Below, piece by piece: positions 16,547 through 24,273 of a stretch of DNA of 64,000 nt. Source of the stretch: Zetaproteobacteria bacterium (GTDB lineage: Bacteria > Pseudomonadota > Zetaproteobacteria > Mariprofundales > J009); contig RFFX01000050.1 of the NCBI GenBank assembly GCA_003696765.1, positions 12,894 to 76,893 on the forward strand, in the 5' to 3' direction. The notes under the pieces are model-generated. The model was not told the origin of the DNA and ran no database searches. It saw nothing but the letters and a program-made list of their open reading frames with translations. Position 1 is the first letter of the stretch. Each line of letters begins with the position of its first letter. A program made the translations under genes and the position numbers.

Positions 16547-16975
16547 TCATGACTCCACACTCCGGGCATGGAGACGCAAGAGCAGCTTCACCTGCGCCAG
16601 GGGAAGATCGACCTGGCGGGCGATCTCCTCGGCGTCGGCCCCCTCGCGCCGTAGACGCAACACCTGCGCCAGGCGGGCGTCCCCCTTCGCCGCACCGCCG
16701 TCGGCCGCAGGGGCGGAGGTGGCCGCCGGCTGCGCCTTTCGTGGGGTCACCACCGAACGGGATGGAGGCGGAGGGGAAGGGCGGGGATCACACAGCTCGG
16801 TCAACAACGGCATCAGGGCGTTGAGCTGCTTCGATGCCTCCTGCAGCTCGGCGCTGGCCGCCTCCAGCTTGCGCTCGATCTCCTCCTGCCGCCGGCGCCC
16901 CGTGTACCAGAGCCACCACAACCCGATGATGGCCACCACCATCACACCGTCGATCAACACCCCGGCGAGATCCAT
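16547..16975 (-). CDS. Membrane-anchored coiled-coil protein, DUF2802-like C-terminus
   Basis: MDLAGVLIDGVMVVAIIGLWWLWYTG (TM segment), then a coiled coil, then a C-terminal helix-turn-helix-like ARLAQVLRLRREGADAEEIARQVDLPLAQVKLLLRLH, as in flagellar-cluster DUF2802 proteins. The start is placed at the ATG with the SD GGGAGGTGA. Confidence 0.45.
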   Translation of the reverse strand: MDLAGVLIDGVMVVAIIGLWWLWYTGRRRQEEIERKLEAASAELQEASKQLNALMPLLTELCDPRPSPPPPSRSVVTPRKAQPAATSAPAADGGAAKGDARLAQVLRLRREGADAEEIARQVDLPLAQVKLLLRLHARSVES

Positions 16976-17061
16976 CCCCGCAGCCGTCACCTCCCGGCCT
17001 CCCACCGTTCCCGGCCGCAGCGGCCGCCTCGCACGGCGGTTGCGCAAACAGCCCGATCAAC

Positions 17062-17215
17062 CATGACGACTTCGCACGAAGTCGGCATCTGCGGCCAGGA
17101 CGGCCGCGCAAAACGGGAGCTTGCGCATGCAGGCAACTGTTTTGTGAGGCGATCGAAAACCGCGCTCTTCGATGCCCGTGAAGCCAACACGTTCATAGAC
17201 GGGCCTTTTGCGGTC
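17062..17215 (+). repeat. Mosaic repeat, full copy, antisense to the flanking genes (one of two exceptions)
   Basis: Reads catgaCGACTTCGcaCGAAGTCGgcatctGCGGCCaggacGGCCGCgcaaaacgggaGCTTGCgcatGCAGGC..GCGATCGAAAAccgcgcTCTTCGATGC..degenerate A (gccaacacgttcatagacgggccttttgc). Confidence 0.8.
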
Positions 17216-17218
17216 GGA

Positions 17219-17431
17219 TCAGCCATAACAGTCGATATGGCCGTCGGCATCACGCCGAGTCGGCTCCTTGCGCCCCTCGCCCTTCTGCTCCACCACGGAC
17301 GGCGCCTCCTCCCGGGGGGAGCGGCCGCCATCCTCGCGCCGATCACGCCGGTCGCGCCGCCGCGCGGTGTCACGCCCGGCGACCGGGAGGGGGGCGGCGA
17401 CCGGCGTGGCGGGGAGAACCTCGCGCTCCAT
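17219..17431 (-). CDS. Possible small highly charged protein (70 aa), function unknown
   Basis: The ATG lies 10 nt after the fliA stop with a GAGG 9 nt upstream. Third-codon positions are mostly G/C like neighbouring genes, but the product (MEREVLPATPVAAPLPVAGRDTARRRDRRDRREDGG...) is low-complexity. Weak call. Confidence 0.25.
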   Translation of the reverse strand: MEREVLPATPVAAPLPVAGRDTARRRDRRDRREDGGRSPREEAPSVVEQKGEGRKEPTRRDADGHIDCYG

Positions 17432-17440
17432 GCCATCGCC

Positions 17441-18187
17441 TCAATCGCGATCCAGTCCCATGTAGCCGCGCAGCCGCGCGACCATCTGGCTGTGGATCTG
17501 CGATACCCGAGATTCGGTCAGCCCCAGCACCAACGCCACCTCCTTCATGTTCAGCTCCTCGTGGTAGTAGAGCGTCAACAACACCGCCTCACGCTTGGGC
17601 AGGCGGGCGATCGCCTCCGCCAGCCGGTCCACGAACTGGATCATCGCCGCCTGCTCTTCCGGCATGAATTCCTGATCGGCCGCGATGGCGTCGAGAACAC
17701 TCAGGGTATCCCCATCGTCGCCGGTGATCGGCAGATCGTCGAAGTGGACCACCGACATCACCCGCACCTGGTCGAGGCGCTTGCGGTACTCCTCGACGCT
17801 GATGCCGAGAAAGTCGGCGATCTCGTGCTCATCGGCCGGCCGGCCTTGGCGCTGCTCGACCTCGAGCATCGCCTGCTGCAGCTGACGCGAAACATCACGC
17901 AGGCTTCGCGGCATCCAGTCGAACGCGCGCAGGTAGTCGACCATGGCACCGCGCACCCGGTAGGCGATGAAGGTATTGAACTGGATCCCCCGCTCGGGAT
18001 CGAAGCGGCTGGCTGCATCGAGCAGCCCCAGCACCCCCGCGTCGATCAGGTCGTCCAGCTCCACCGAATCGGGGGTGCGACGCATCAGTTGGCCGGCGTG
18101 GTAACGGATCAGCGGCAGATACTCCTCGAGCAGCGCCTCCGGCTGCATCGCATCGGCCTTGGCCGTCTGGTCGTAGGGGTTGCTCAT
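17441..18187 (-). CDS. fliA: Flagellar sigma factor FliA (sigma-28)
   Basis: MSNPYDQ...; region 2 DLIDAGVLGLLDAASRFDPERGIQFNTFIAYRVRGAMVDYLR; region 4 LPKREAVLLTLYYHEELNMKEVALVLGLTESRVSQIHSQMVARLR. Confidence 0.92.
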   Translation of the reverse strand: MSNPYDQTAKADAMQPEALLEEYLPLIRYHAGQLMRRTPDSVELDDLIDAGVLGLLDAASRFDPERGIQFNTFIAYRVRGAMVDYLRAFDWMPRSLRDVSRQLQQAMLEVEQRQGRPADEHEIADFLGISVEEYRKRLDQVRVMSVVHFDDLPITGDDGDTLSVLDAIAADQEFMPEEQAAMIQFVDRLAEAIARLPKREAVLLTLYYHEELNMKEVALVLGLTESRVSQIHSQMVARLRGYMGLDRD

Positions 18188-18222
18188 CGCCGCCCAACGG
18201 CGCCGATGCGGCACACCGGCGC

Positions 18223-18507
18223 CATGCCGCCTGCTTCTTGCAAGACCGTCATTCCTGATCGAATCGCAAAAAGTCCATCCGTGGACTTTTTGCTCGACGG
18301 GGATCGAAGAGCGCGGTCTTCGATCCCCTTACAAATCCGTCGGTTGCATCCGCAACCTCCGGATTTGCGCGACCGTCCTGGCCGCGGATGCCGGCTTCTT
18401 GCGAAGCCGTCATTCCTGATCGAATCGCAAAAAGTCCGTCCGTGGACTTTTTGCTCGACGGAGATCGAAGGGCACGCTCTTCGATTCCCTTGCAAAGGCA
18501 ACCATCA
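18223..18507 (-). repeat. Tandem pair of mosaic repeats (E'-A-B-C-D-E-A-B-C')
   Basis: Two consecutive units share ...gtcattcctgatcgaatcGCAAAAAGTCC(a/g)tccgtGGACTTTTTGCtcgacGG(G/A)GATCGAAG... The first unit is complete. The second ends in ..cttgcaaaggcaaccatcac, which contains the stop codon of the 18505 gene. Confidence 0.9.
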
Positions 18508-18762
18508 CTCCTCCTCCCCCTGGGGCTCTTCCGCCGCATCCTCCTCCGGCTCCGGCATCCTGGGCAACAGATCGTTCAACCACTTGAGCATCATGCCGAT
18601 CCAGGCCCCGGCGATCCCCAGGACCGCCATCCGGACCACCGTCTCGTAGAAGCCGATCCCGACCACCATGCAGATGGCAAAACCGATCAACGCACCGCAG
18701 GCGCCACCGAAGGCGGCCACGTGCGAGGTACTCAAGCCAACCTGCCGGGTATCGTCCGCCAT
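18505..18762 (-). CDS. Small membrane protein (85 aa, two TM segments, acidic tail), function unknown
   Basis: MADDTRQVGLSTSHVAAFGGACGALIGFAICMVVGIGFYETVVRMAVLGIAGAWIGMMLKWLNDLLPRMPEPEEDAAEEPQGEEE. Coding-like codon usage. It is bracketed on both sides by repeat copies. Confidence 0.45.
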   Translation of the reverse strand: MADDTRQVGLSTSHVAAFGGACGALIGFAICMVVGIGFYETVVRMAVLGIAGAWIGMMLKWLNDLLPRMPEPEEDAAEEPQGEEE

Positions 18763-18763
18763 G

Positions 18764-18866
18764 GATGATCACACCGCAAAAAGTCCGTCCGTGGACGTTT
18801 TGCTTGACGGGGATCGAAGAGCGCGGCCATCCTGGCCGCGATGATGGTTTCTTGCGAAACCGTCAT
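18764..18866 (-). repeat. Mosaic repeat, A + half B + D + E
   Basis: Reads gatgatcacacCGCAAAAAGTCCgtccgtGGACgTTTTGCttgacGGGGATCGAAGAgcgcGGCCatcctGGCCGCGATGATGGTTTCttgcGAAACCgTCAT. It fills the entire flhG to 18762 gap. Confidence 0.88.
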
Positions 18867-18869
18867 GGA

Positions 18870-19703
18870 TCATCCCGTCCCGTCCATCGCGTCGAGCCCC
18901 TCGCTCAGGGCGTGCTCCCAGAAGAACTGCAGCCCGCCGCTGCGCGAGGTGTCGCGCGGCCGGGAGAGGATGGCGTCCATGGTGCGGTTGAGGTGGTCCA
19001 ACAGCTGCTCCCCGCCCACCTTGTCGAGCAGCTTCTGCGACTGGATCGCCCGCCGCACGTCGGGGTGGGGCGGAAGGTTGCCCACATAGTCGAGATGCAC
19101 ATCGAGATACCTGTCGGCCACGGAGAGCAGGCGGCGGAAGGCGATCTGGGCATCGACCGCCTCCGCCTGGTTGATCAGCACCATGAAGCGGCGCACGTCC
19201 CGCATCCGGGAGAGCACCTTGATCAGCGCATAGGCATCGGTGAGCGAGGTGGGATCGGGGGTGAGCACCACCAGCGCGCTCTCCGCGGCGGAGACGAAAT
19301 AGAGCACGTTGTCGCCGATCCCGGCGGCGGTGTCGATCAACACCAGATCGTAGTCGCGGCCGATGGCGCGCATCTCGTCCAGCATCACCTGCTGCTGGTC
19401 GGTGGAGAGCGCGGTCAACTCGTGGAAGCCGCTGCCGCCGGGCAGGACGTCGAATCCGTAACCGGAATGGACCAGGATATCGGAGAGCGACTTGCCGCCG
19501 GCGACGACGTCCTGGATCGACCCCGCAGGCGAGATGCCCAGCATCACATCGACGTTGGCCAGCCCGAGGTCGGCGTCGAGCAGCAGCACGCGCATCCCCT
19601 TCCGCGCCGCCCGGGCGGCCAGATGGAGCGCGGTGAAGGTCTTGCCCACCCCTCCCTTGCCGCTGGTGACGGCGATGACGCGCGGTGTCTCTTGTTGGTT
19701 CAT
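18870..19703 (-). CDS. flhG: Flagellar number regulator FlhG (MinD/ParA-type ATPase)
   Basis: MNQQETPRVIAVTSGKGGVGKTFTALHLA (deviant Walker A), LLLDADLGLANVDV, VLIDTAAG, and a C-terminal amphipathic GGLQFFWEHAL. It follows flhF. Confidence 0.9.
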   Translation of the reverse strand: MNQQETPRVIAVTSGKGGVGKTFTALHLAARAARKGMRVLLLDADLGLANVDVMLGISPAGSIQDVVAGGKSLSDILVHSGYGFDVLPGGSGFHELTALSTDQQQVMLDEMRAIGRDYDLVLIDTAAGIGDNVLYFVSAAESALVVLTPDPTSLTDAYALIKVLSRMRDVRRFMVLINQAEAVDAQIAFRRLLSVADRYLDVHLDYVGNLPPHPDVRRAIQSQKLLDKVGGEQLLDHLNRTMDAILSRPRDTSRSGGLQFFWEHALSEGLDAMDGTG

Positions 19704-19808
19704 AATCAAACCGCAAAACCTCCGTCCGTGGACGTTTTGCCCGACGGCGATCGAAGTTCGCTGCCTTCGATCATCGCATGACGAAACAGTCGCTTGCAGA
19801 CACAAGCC
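19704..19808 (-). repeat. Mosaic repeat, modules A-B-C
   Basis: Reads aatcaaaCCGCAAAACcTCCgtccgtGGAcGTTTTGCccgacGGCGATCGAAGttcgctgCcTTCGATCatCgcatgacgaaacagtcGCTTGCagacaCAAGC. It abuts the flhG start codon. Confidence 0.85.
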
Positions 19809-19884
19809 CCTGTCCTACGCAGCCATCCATGGCCGCGGGTGGAACCGGTTCGGCCGCCCCCCATCCCCCGATGGAGAGAGCGAC

Positions 19885-20973
19885 TCATCCGGCGAGCAAC
19901 CTGGTCATCGACTTGGGCGACAACCAGCCCATCTGTCCGGGCACGTCGGTGCCGAAGGTGCAGTAGCAGAGGCGCAGACGGGACGGGACCGCCCAGTTGA
20001 TCACCTTGCCGCATCGCCGGCTCTCGTCCAGCTTGGTGAAGGCGAGATGGGTCACCCCCAACGCACCGGCCCGCGCCAGCAACGCCGCTCCGTCGGCCTC
20101 GTCGAGATTGGCCGGCAACACCATCACCCGCCGACCATCCCCGAACCCGTTCCAGATCGGACGAATACGCCGGGCCGCACCGCCGGAGCGCGGCGACAAC
20201 CCGGGGTTGTCCACCAGCACCAGTTGAGCCGAGGCCGCCTGCTCCATCGCCCGCGGCAGATCCTCCGGGCCGCGCAGCAGCGCGAACGGCGCCCCCAACA
20301 CCTCGGCGTAGCTGCGAAAGAGGTCGCTCCCCCCCATCCGTTCGGCATCGGTACTGAACAGCGCCACCCGCACCCCCTTGAGACTGTAGTGGGTGGCCAG
20401 CTTGGCGGCCAGCGTCGTCTTGCCGCCACCGGCCGGGCCGGTGAAGATCAGCGTCACCCGGCCCTTGGTCGGGTCGAGCTTCCGCGACCAGCACATCAGC
20501 TCCTTGCCGACCGGCGCACCGCGGGCGAAATCGGCGGCCAGCTCCGCGGCGAAGCCGGGCGCCACCCCCTTGGCCAGCAGGCGGTCGAAGGCGGCGCGCT
20601 CCTCGGGATCCTCCAGCGCCAGCCGCAACTCCTCCGCCTCGTGCCGCTCCAGGCCGTCGACCAGCCGCTCCAGCCGCCGCACCGAGGCTGCAAGCCACTC
20701 CGCCTCCGGGCGGTCCCTCCGCGCCCCCTCCCGTTCCACATCGCGGCCTGCGCCCAAGGCTCCACCGTAGCGGCCTGCAGCCCCCCCTCCCCCGGATCGG
20801 GCGGGCGCCTGCTGCGGCTGTTCGTCCAGCGCCGCATGTACCTCCCAGATCTCCCTGCCGGCGGGATCGACGCTCTTCTTGCGGTCGAGGATCACCGCCT
20901 CCGGCCCCAGTTCGCGACCGACCAGCGCCAGCGCCTCGTGCAGGCGGGGAGCGGAGAAGATCCGTACCCGCAT
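19885..20973 (-). CDS. flhF: Flagellar biosynthesis GTPase FlhF (SRP-type)
   Basis: MRVRIFSAPRLHEALALVGRELGPEAVILD...; G1 FTGPAGGGKTTTLAKLA; DTAGRS-type motif (here VDNPGLSPRS); LAFTKLDES. Confidence 0.9.
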   Translation of the reverse strand: MRVRIFSAPRLHEALALVGRELGPEAVILDRKKSVDPAGREIWEVHAALDEQPQQAPARSGGGGAAGRYGGALGAGRDVEREGARRDRPEAEWLAASVRRLERLVDGLERHEAEELRLALEDPEERAAFDRLLAKGVAPGFAAELAADFARGAPVGKELMCWSRKLDPTKGRVTLIFTGPAGGGKTTLAAKLATHYSLKGVRVALFSTDAERMGGSDLFRSYAEVLGAPFALLRGPEDLPRAMEQAASAQLVLVDNPGLSPRSGGAARRIRPIWNGFGDGRRVMVLPANLDEADGAALLARAGALGVTHLAFTKLDESRRCGKVINWAVPSRLRLCYCTFGTDVPGQMGWLSPKSMTRLLAG

Positions 20974-20982
20974 CAGCGCCGG

Positions 20983-23082
20983 CTATCCATCGCGCAGGCT
21001 CACGGTGCCGTCGGCCTGCACCACCATGTCCGGCGGCACCTCCGCGATCGAGAGCACGGTGATCCGGTCCATCACCTTGAGCAGGGCGTTGGCCAGCGGA
21101 TAGCGGAGCGTGGCGCTGGTGAGCAACACCGGAGCGTCGATGCCGCGGCTGGCGACAAGATCGTTCAGCCGGGTGACGAAACGCTGCCAGTAGTTGATCT
21201 CCAGCGGCAACTGCAGCGACGCCCCCTGCTGGCTGACCCGCTCGGTCATCATCTGCTCGATCTCCCCGTCGATGGTCAACACGTGCAGCTCCCCCTGCTC
21301 ATCGACCAGCCGGGCGACGATGGTCCGCCCAAGGCGCATGCGGACCATCTCCACCATGGTGGTGAGATCGCGGGGCTCGGACATGGCATCGGCCAGGGTC
21401 TCGATGATCAACAGCAGATCGCGGATCGGCACCCATTCGGCCAGCAGCCGGCGCAACACGTTCTGCAGCAGGCCGATCGAGACCGGGTTCGGCACCATCT
21501 CCTCCACCACCTTGGGATGGCGCTCCTTGAGCGCATCGACCAGCTCCATCACCTGCACCCGGTCGAGCATCTCGTGGGCGTGCTTGCGCAACACCTCGGT
21601 GATGTGGGTGATGATCACCGTCGAGGGCTCCACCACGGTGTAACCGGAGATCTCCGCCTGCTGCCGCTGCTCCGGGCCGATCCAGAGCGCCGGCAGACCG
21701 AAGGCCGGCTCGCGCGTGGCCACCCCCTGGACCGGCGGACCGCTCAGATTCCCCTCGAGCGCCAACAGGTTGCGCGGCCGGATCTCGCTGCGCGCCACCT
21801 CGGCCCCGCGGATCAACACCCGGTAGTCCCCCACGCCGAGCTGCAGGTTGTCCTTGATGTGCACCGGAGGGAGGATGAAGCCCATATCCTCGGTCAACTG
21901 CCGCCGGATGCTCTGCAGCCGATCCAACAGGTTGCCTTCGCCACGCCCTTCGACCATGTCGATCAGCCCGTAGCCCACCTCGATGCGGATCGGATCGACC
22001 ACCAGCAGATCGGAGAGCGGCGCCTCCTCCACCCTTCCCGGCGCCGCCTCGGGCTCGGCGGCCAATGCCTGCTGCTGCGCCTCCGCCTCCCGCTTCTCCG
22101 TCTCACCCTGCAGATACCAGCCGATGATCCCGAGGCCGACAGAAAGAAGGATGAAGGGGACGAAGGGGAAGCCGGGGACGAGGCTGAGCATCGCCACCGC
22201 CCCGGATGCGACGTAGTAGAGCTTGGGATAACGGGTGAACTGATCACCCAGCTGCACCTGGATGGTATCACCGGCGCCGGCGCGGGTGATCACGATCCCG
22301 GCGGCGGTGGAGATGACCAGCGCCGGAATCTGCGACACCAGGCCGTCGCCCACGGTCAGGATGCTGTAGACATCCATCGCCTCGGAGAGGGGCATCCCCT
22401 GCTGCAGCGAGCCGATGATCATCCCCGCGACCAGGTTGATGGCGGTGATGATCAATCCGGCCACGGCGTCGCCCCGGACGAACTTGGCCGCGCCGTCCAT
22501 CGCCCCGTAGAACTCCGACTCCCGCGCCACCTCCTGGCGCCGCGCCTTGGCGGTCTCCTCGTCGATCAGGCCGGCGTTGAGATCGGCGTCGATGGCCATC
22601 TGCTTGCCCGGCATCGCATCGAGGGTGAAGCGGGCGGCCACCTCGGCGATGCGGGTGGAGCCCTTGGTGATCACCACGAAGTTGATCAGCACCAGAATCA
22701 GGAAGATGATGATCCCGACCACCGTGTTGCCTCCGACGACGAACTGGCCGAACCCCTCGATGATGTGGCCGGCCGCCTGCGGCCCCTCCTGGCCGTGGAG
22801 CAGGATCAGCCGGGTGGTGGCCACGTTGAGCGAGAGGCGGAAGAGGGTGGTCAGCAGCAGGATCGTGGGGAAGGAGCTGAACTCCAGCGGCTTGAGGATG
22901 TAGAGCGAGGTCAAAAGGATGACGATGCCGATCGAGAGGTTGACCGCCAGCAGCACATCCATCAGCCAGAGCGGCAGCGGCACCATCATCACCAGCAACA
23001 CCAGCAGCACCCCGCCGGCGAGCAGGACGTCGGTATGGCGCGCCAACCCGCGCAGCCGCAACGGCATCACCGCTTCAGCCAA
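20983..23082 (-). CDS. flhA: Flagellar export apparatus protein FlhA
   Basis: ...FSSFPTILLLTTLFRLSLNVATTRLIL..., FVVGGNTVVGIIIFLILVLINFVVITKGSTRIAEVAARFTLDAMPGKQMAIDADLNAG. 699 aa. The listed start is a TTG with the SD GAGGAGGAG; an ATG alternative lies at 23067. Confidence 0.95.
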   Translation of the reverse strand: MAEAVMPLRLRGLARHTDVLLAGGVLLVLLVMMVPLPLWLMDVLLAVNLSIGIVILLTSLYILKPLEFSSFPTILLLTTLFRLSLNVATTRLILLHGQEGPQAAGHIIEGFGQFVVGGNTVVGIIIFLILVLINFVVITKGSTRIAEVAARFTLDAMPGKQMAIDADLNAGLIDEETAKARRQEVARESEFYGAMDGAAKFVRGDAVAGLIITAINLVAGMIIGSLQQGMPLSEAMDVYSILTVGDGLVSQIPALVISTAAGIVITRAGAGDTIQVQLGDQFTRYPKLYYVASGAVAMLSLVPGFPFVPFILLSVGLGIIGWYLQGETEKREAEAQQQALAAEPEAAPGRVEEAPLSDLLVVDPIRIEVGYGLIDMVEGRGEGNLLDRLQSIRRQLTEDMGFILPPVHIKDNLQLGVGDYRVLIRGAEVARSEIRPRNLLALEGNLSGPPVQGVATREPAFGLPALWIGPEQRQQAEISGYTVVEPSTVIITHITEVLRKHAHEMLDRVQVMELVDALKERHPKVVEEMVPNPVSIGLLQNVLRRLLAEWVPIRDLLLIIETLADAMSEPRDLTTMVEMVRMRLGRTIVARLVDEQGELHVLTIDGEIEQMMTERVSQQGASLQLPLEINYWQRFVTRLNDLVASRGIDAPVLLTSATLRYPLANALLKVMDRITVLSIAEVPPDMVVQADGTVSLRDG

Positions 23083-23133
23083 CCGCTCCTCCTCGGCCCG
23101 CGACGCCGGGCTTTGGCCTGTGGCATGAGGCCA

Positions 23134-23382
23134 TCACCGATTCAGCTCCTCGACCTTGGCGACGTAGGCGTCGGTGGCGAGCAACACCCTGGACTTGAAG
23201 AGATCGAAGTCGCGCTGCAGCAGCCGCAGCTCCTTCGCCGATGCCCGGAAGGCATACTGCAGGCCGTCCTTGTAGCCGTTGGCGTAGGCCACGCGGATGA
23301 TGGCGTAGTCCGCCTGCCGCAGCGCCGACCAGGCGTAGCCGGCCCCGAAGCTGCAGGCCGCCACCAGCGCCAGCAGCAACAT
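23134..23382 (-). CDS. Small hypothetical protein with N-terminal lipobox-like signal (82 aa)
   Basis: MLLLALVAACSFGAGYAWSALRQADYAIIRVAYANGYKDGLQYAFRASAKELRLLQRDFDLFKSRVLLATDAYVAKVEELNR. It lies between the HAMP-like protein and flhA. The start is uncertain. Confidence 0.4.
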   Translation of the reverse strand: MLLLALVAACSFGAGYAWSALRQADYAIIRVAYANGYKDGLQYAFRASAKELRLLQRDFDLFKSRVLLATDAYVAKVEELNR

Positions 23383-23423
23383 CGCCGTCCGACCACCCGC
23401 ATCGCACCAGGAGCGAAGGCGCC

Positions 23424-24002
23424 TCACGCTCCATCCTCCCTGGTACGCATCCCACGCAACAGGTCGCGAATCGCCGCCAACCGGACCCCGGCCTCCTCGT
23501 CCTCGCACGCGCAGATCCTGCGCATCTCCGCCACGCGCAGCTCCCAGTCACGGTGGAGATCGAGCACGCAGCCGTAGAGCTCCTCCAGCGCATCACCGCG
23601 GCGCAGAGGAGGTGTCGGCCGGTCGAAGCGACCGGAAGCGATGTTCTCCAGCACCCGCCGGATGCGGAAGAGCGGACCGGCGACCCGGAACGACTCGAAG
23701 AGGCCGAAGAGGAGCGTCACCGCCACCACCACCGCGAGCGCCAGCAGCAGATAGGGCCACAGATGCACCACCATCCAGGAGAGGTCGGGCAGAGCATCGA
23801 AAGCCACTTCGGCCTCGGAGGAGAAGGGATCGGGCTGGGAGACCTCCTTCCCGAGCAGGGAGAGGATGAAGAGCACCCCGACCGTCGCCGTCACCACCAC
23901 CGACAGCACCATCAGCGTCAACTTCTTGACGAAACGGTATTGGAAGCGTGGAGCGATCCATACCCGGCGTCGTTGCGCGCTCCCCGGCAAAGCCGATCCC
24001 AT
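23424..24002 (-). CDS. Two-TM membrane protein with a HAMP-like cytoplasmic linker and no output domain
   Basis: The strong SD GGAAGGAGGG precedes the ATG at 24002. MGSALPGSAQRRRVWIAPRFQYRFVKKLTLMVLSVVVTATVGVLFILSLL ... LLLALAVVVAVTLLFGLFESFRVAGPLFRIRRVLENIASGRFDRPTPPLRRGDALEELYGCVLDL has a HAMP-like P...I..G......R..DE...L pattern. Confidence 0.55.
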   Translation of the reverse strand: MGSALPGSAQRRRVWIAPRFQYRFVKKLTLMVLSVVVTATVGVLFILSLLGKEVSQPDPFSSEAEVAFDALPDLSWMVVHLWPYLLLALAVVVAVTLLFGLFESFRVAGPLFRIRRVLENIASGRFDRPTPPLRRGDALEELYGCVLDLHRDWELRVAEMRRICACEDEEAGVRLAAIRDLLRGMRTREDGA

Positions 24003-24015
24003 CGCACCCTCCTTC

Positions 24016-24175
24016 CATGATCCGACCGCAAAACATCCGTCCGTGGACGTTTCGGCTTCACGGGAATCGAAGAGCACGGTCTTCGGATTCCCTTGCACAA
24101 CCGTCACTTGCATATGCAAGCTTCGGTTTTGCGCGGCACGCCAGCGCCGCGATGACCGCTTCTTGCGGGGCCATC
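24016..24175 (-). repeat. Mosaic repeat, full copy
   Basis: Reads catgatccgaCCGCAAAACATCCgtccgtGGAcGTTTcGGcttcacGGGAATCGAAGAgcacggTCTTCGgATTCCC..CTTGCAtatGCAAGcttcggTTTTGCGCGGCacgccaGCGCCGCGATGACCGCTTCttgcGGGGCCATC. It lies between flhB and the HAMP-like gene. Confidence 0.88.
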
Positions 24176-24273
24176 CTTCCATGGATGGTCCGCTCAGGCG
24201 GCCGTGGACGAAACCCCCGTCGATCCCCCGACAAATCGGGAGCATGACCGCATCACCGACGATGCACCACGCA

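Noticed and set aside
18259-18286. Module A (GCAAAAAGTCC-N6-GGACTTTTTGC) as a bidirectional intrinsic terminator
   Set aside because: The T-run is part of the stem, paired with the A-run, rather than a free 3' tail. Only four G:C pairs are present. Most copies also lie between genes that appear co-transcribed, including essential flagellar operon members. Attenuation or stability effects remain possible but efficient termination does not.
18223-18507. Tandem repeat units that could be mistaken for a small CRISPR array
   Set aside because: There are only two units, with no unique spacers between them. The units are about 140-160 nt multi-hairpin elements that also occur dispersed as single copies, and no cas genes are nearby.
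19492-23577. A 1361-aa plus-strand ORF, the longest in the track
   Set aside because: It lies entirely antisense to flhG, flhF and flhA, whose translations carry unmistakable family motifs. Its own product is low-complexity (R/G/P/H/Q-rich) with no recognisable domain. It is a typical open antisense frame of high-GC DNA.
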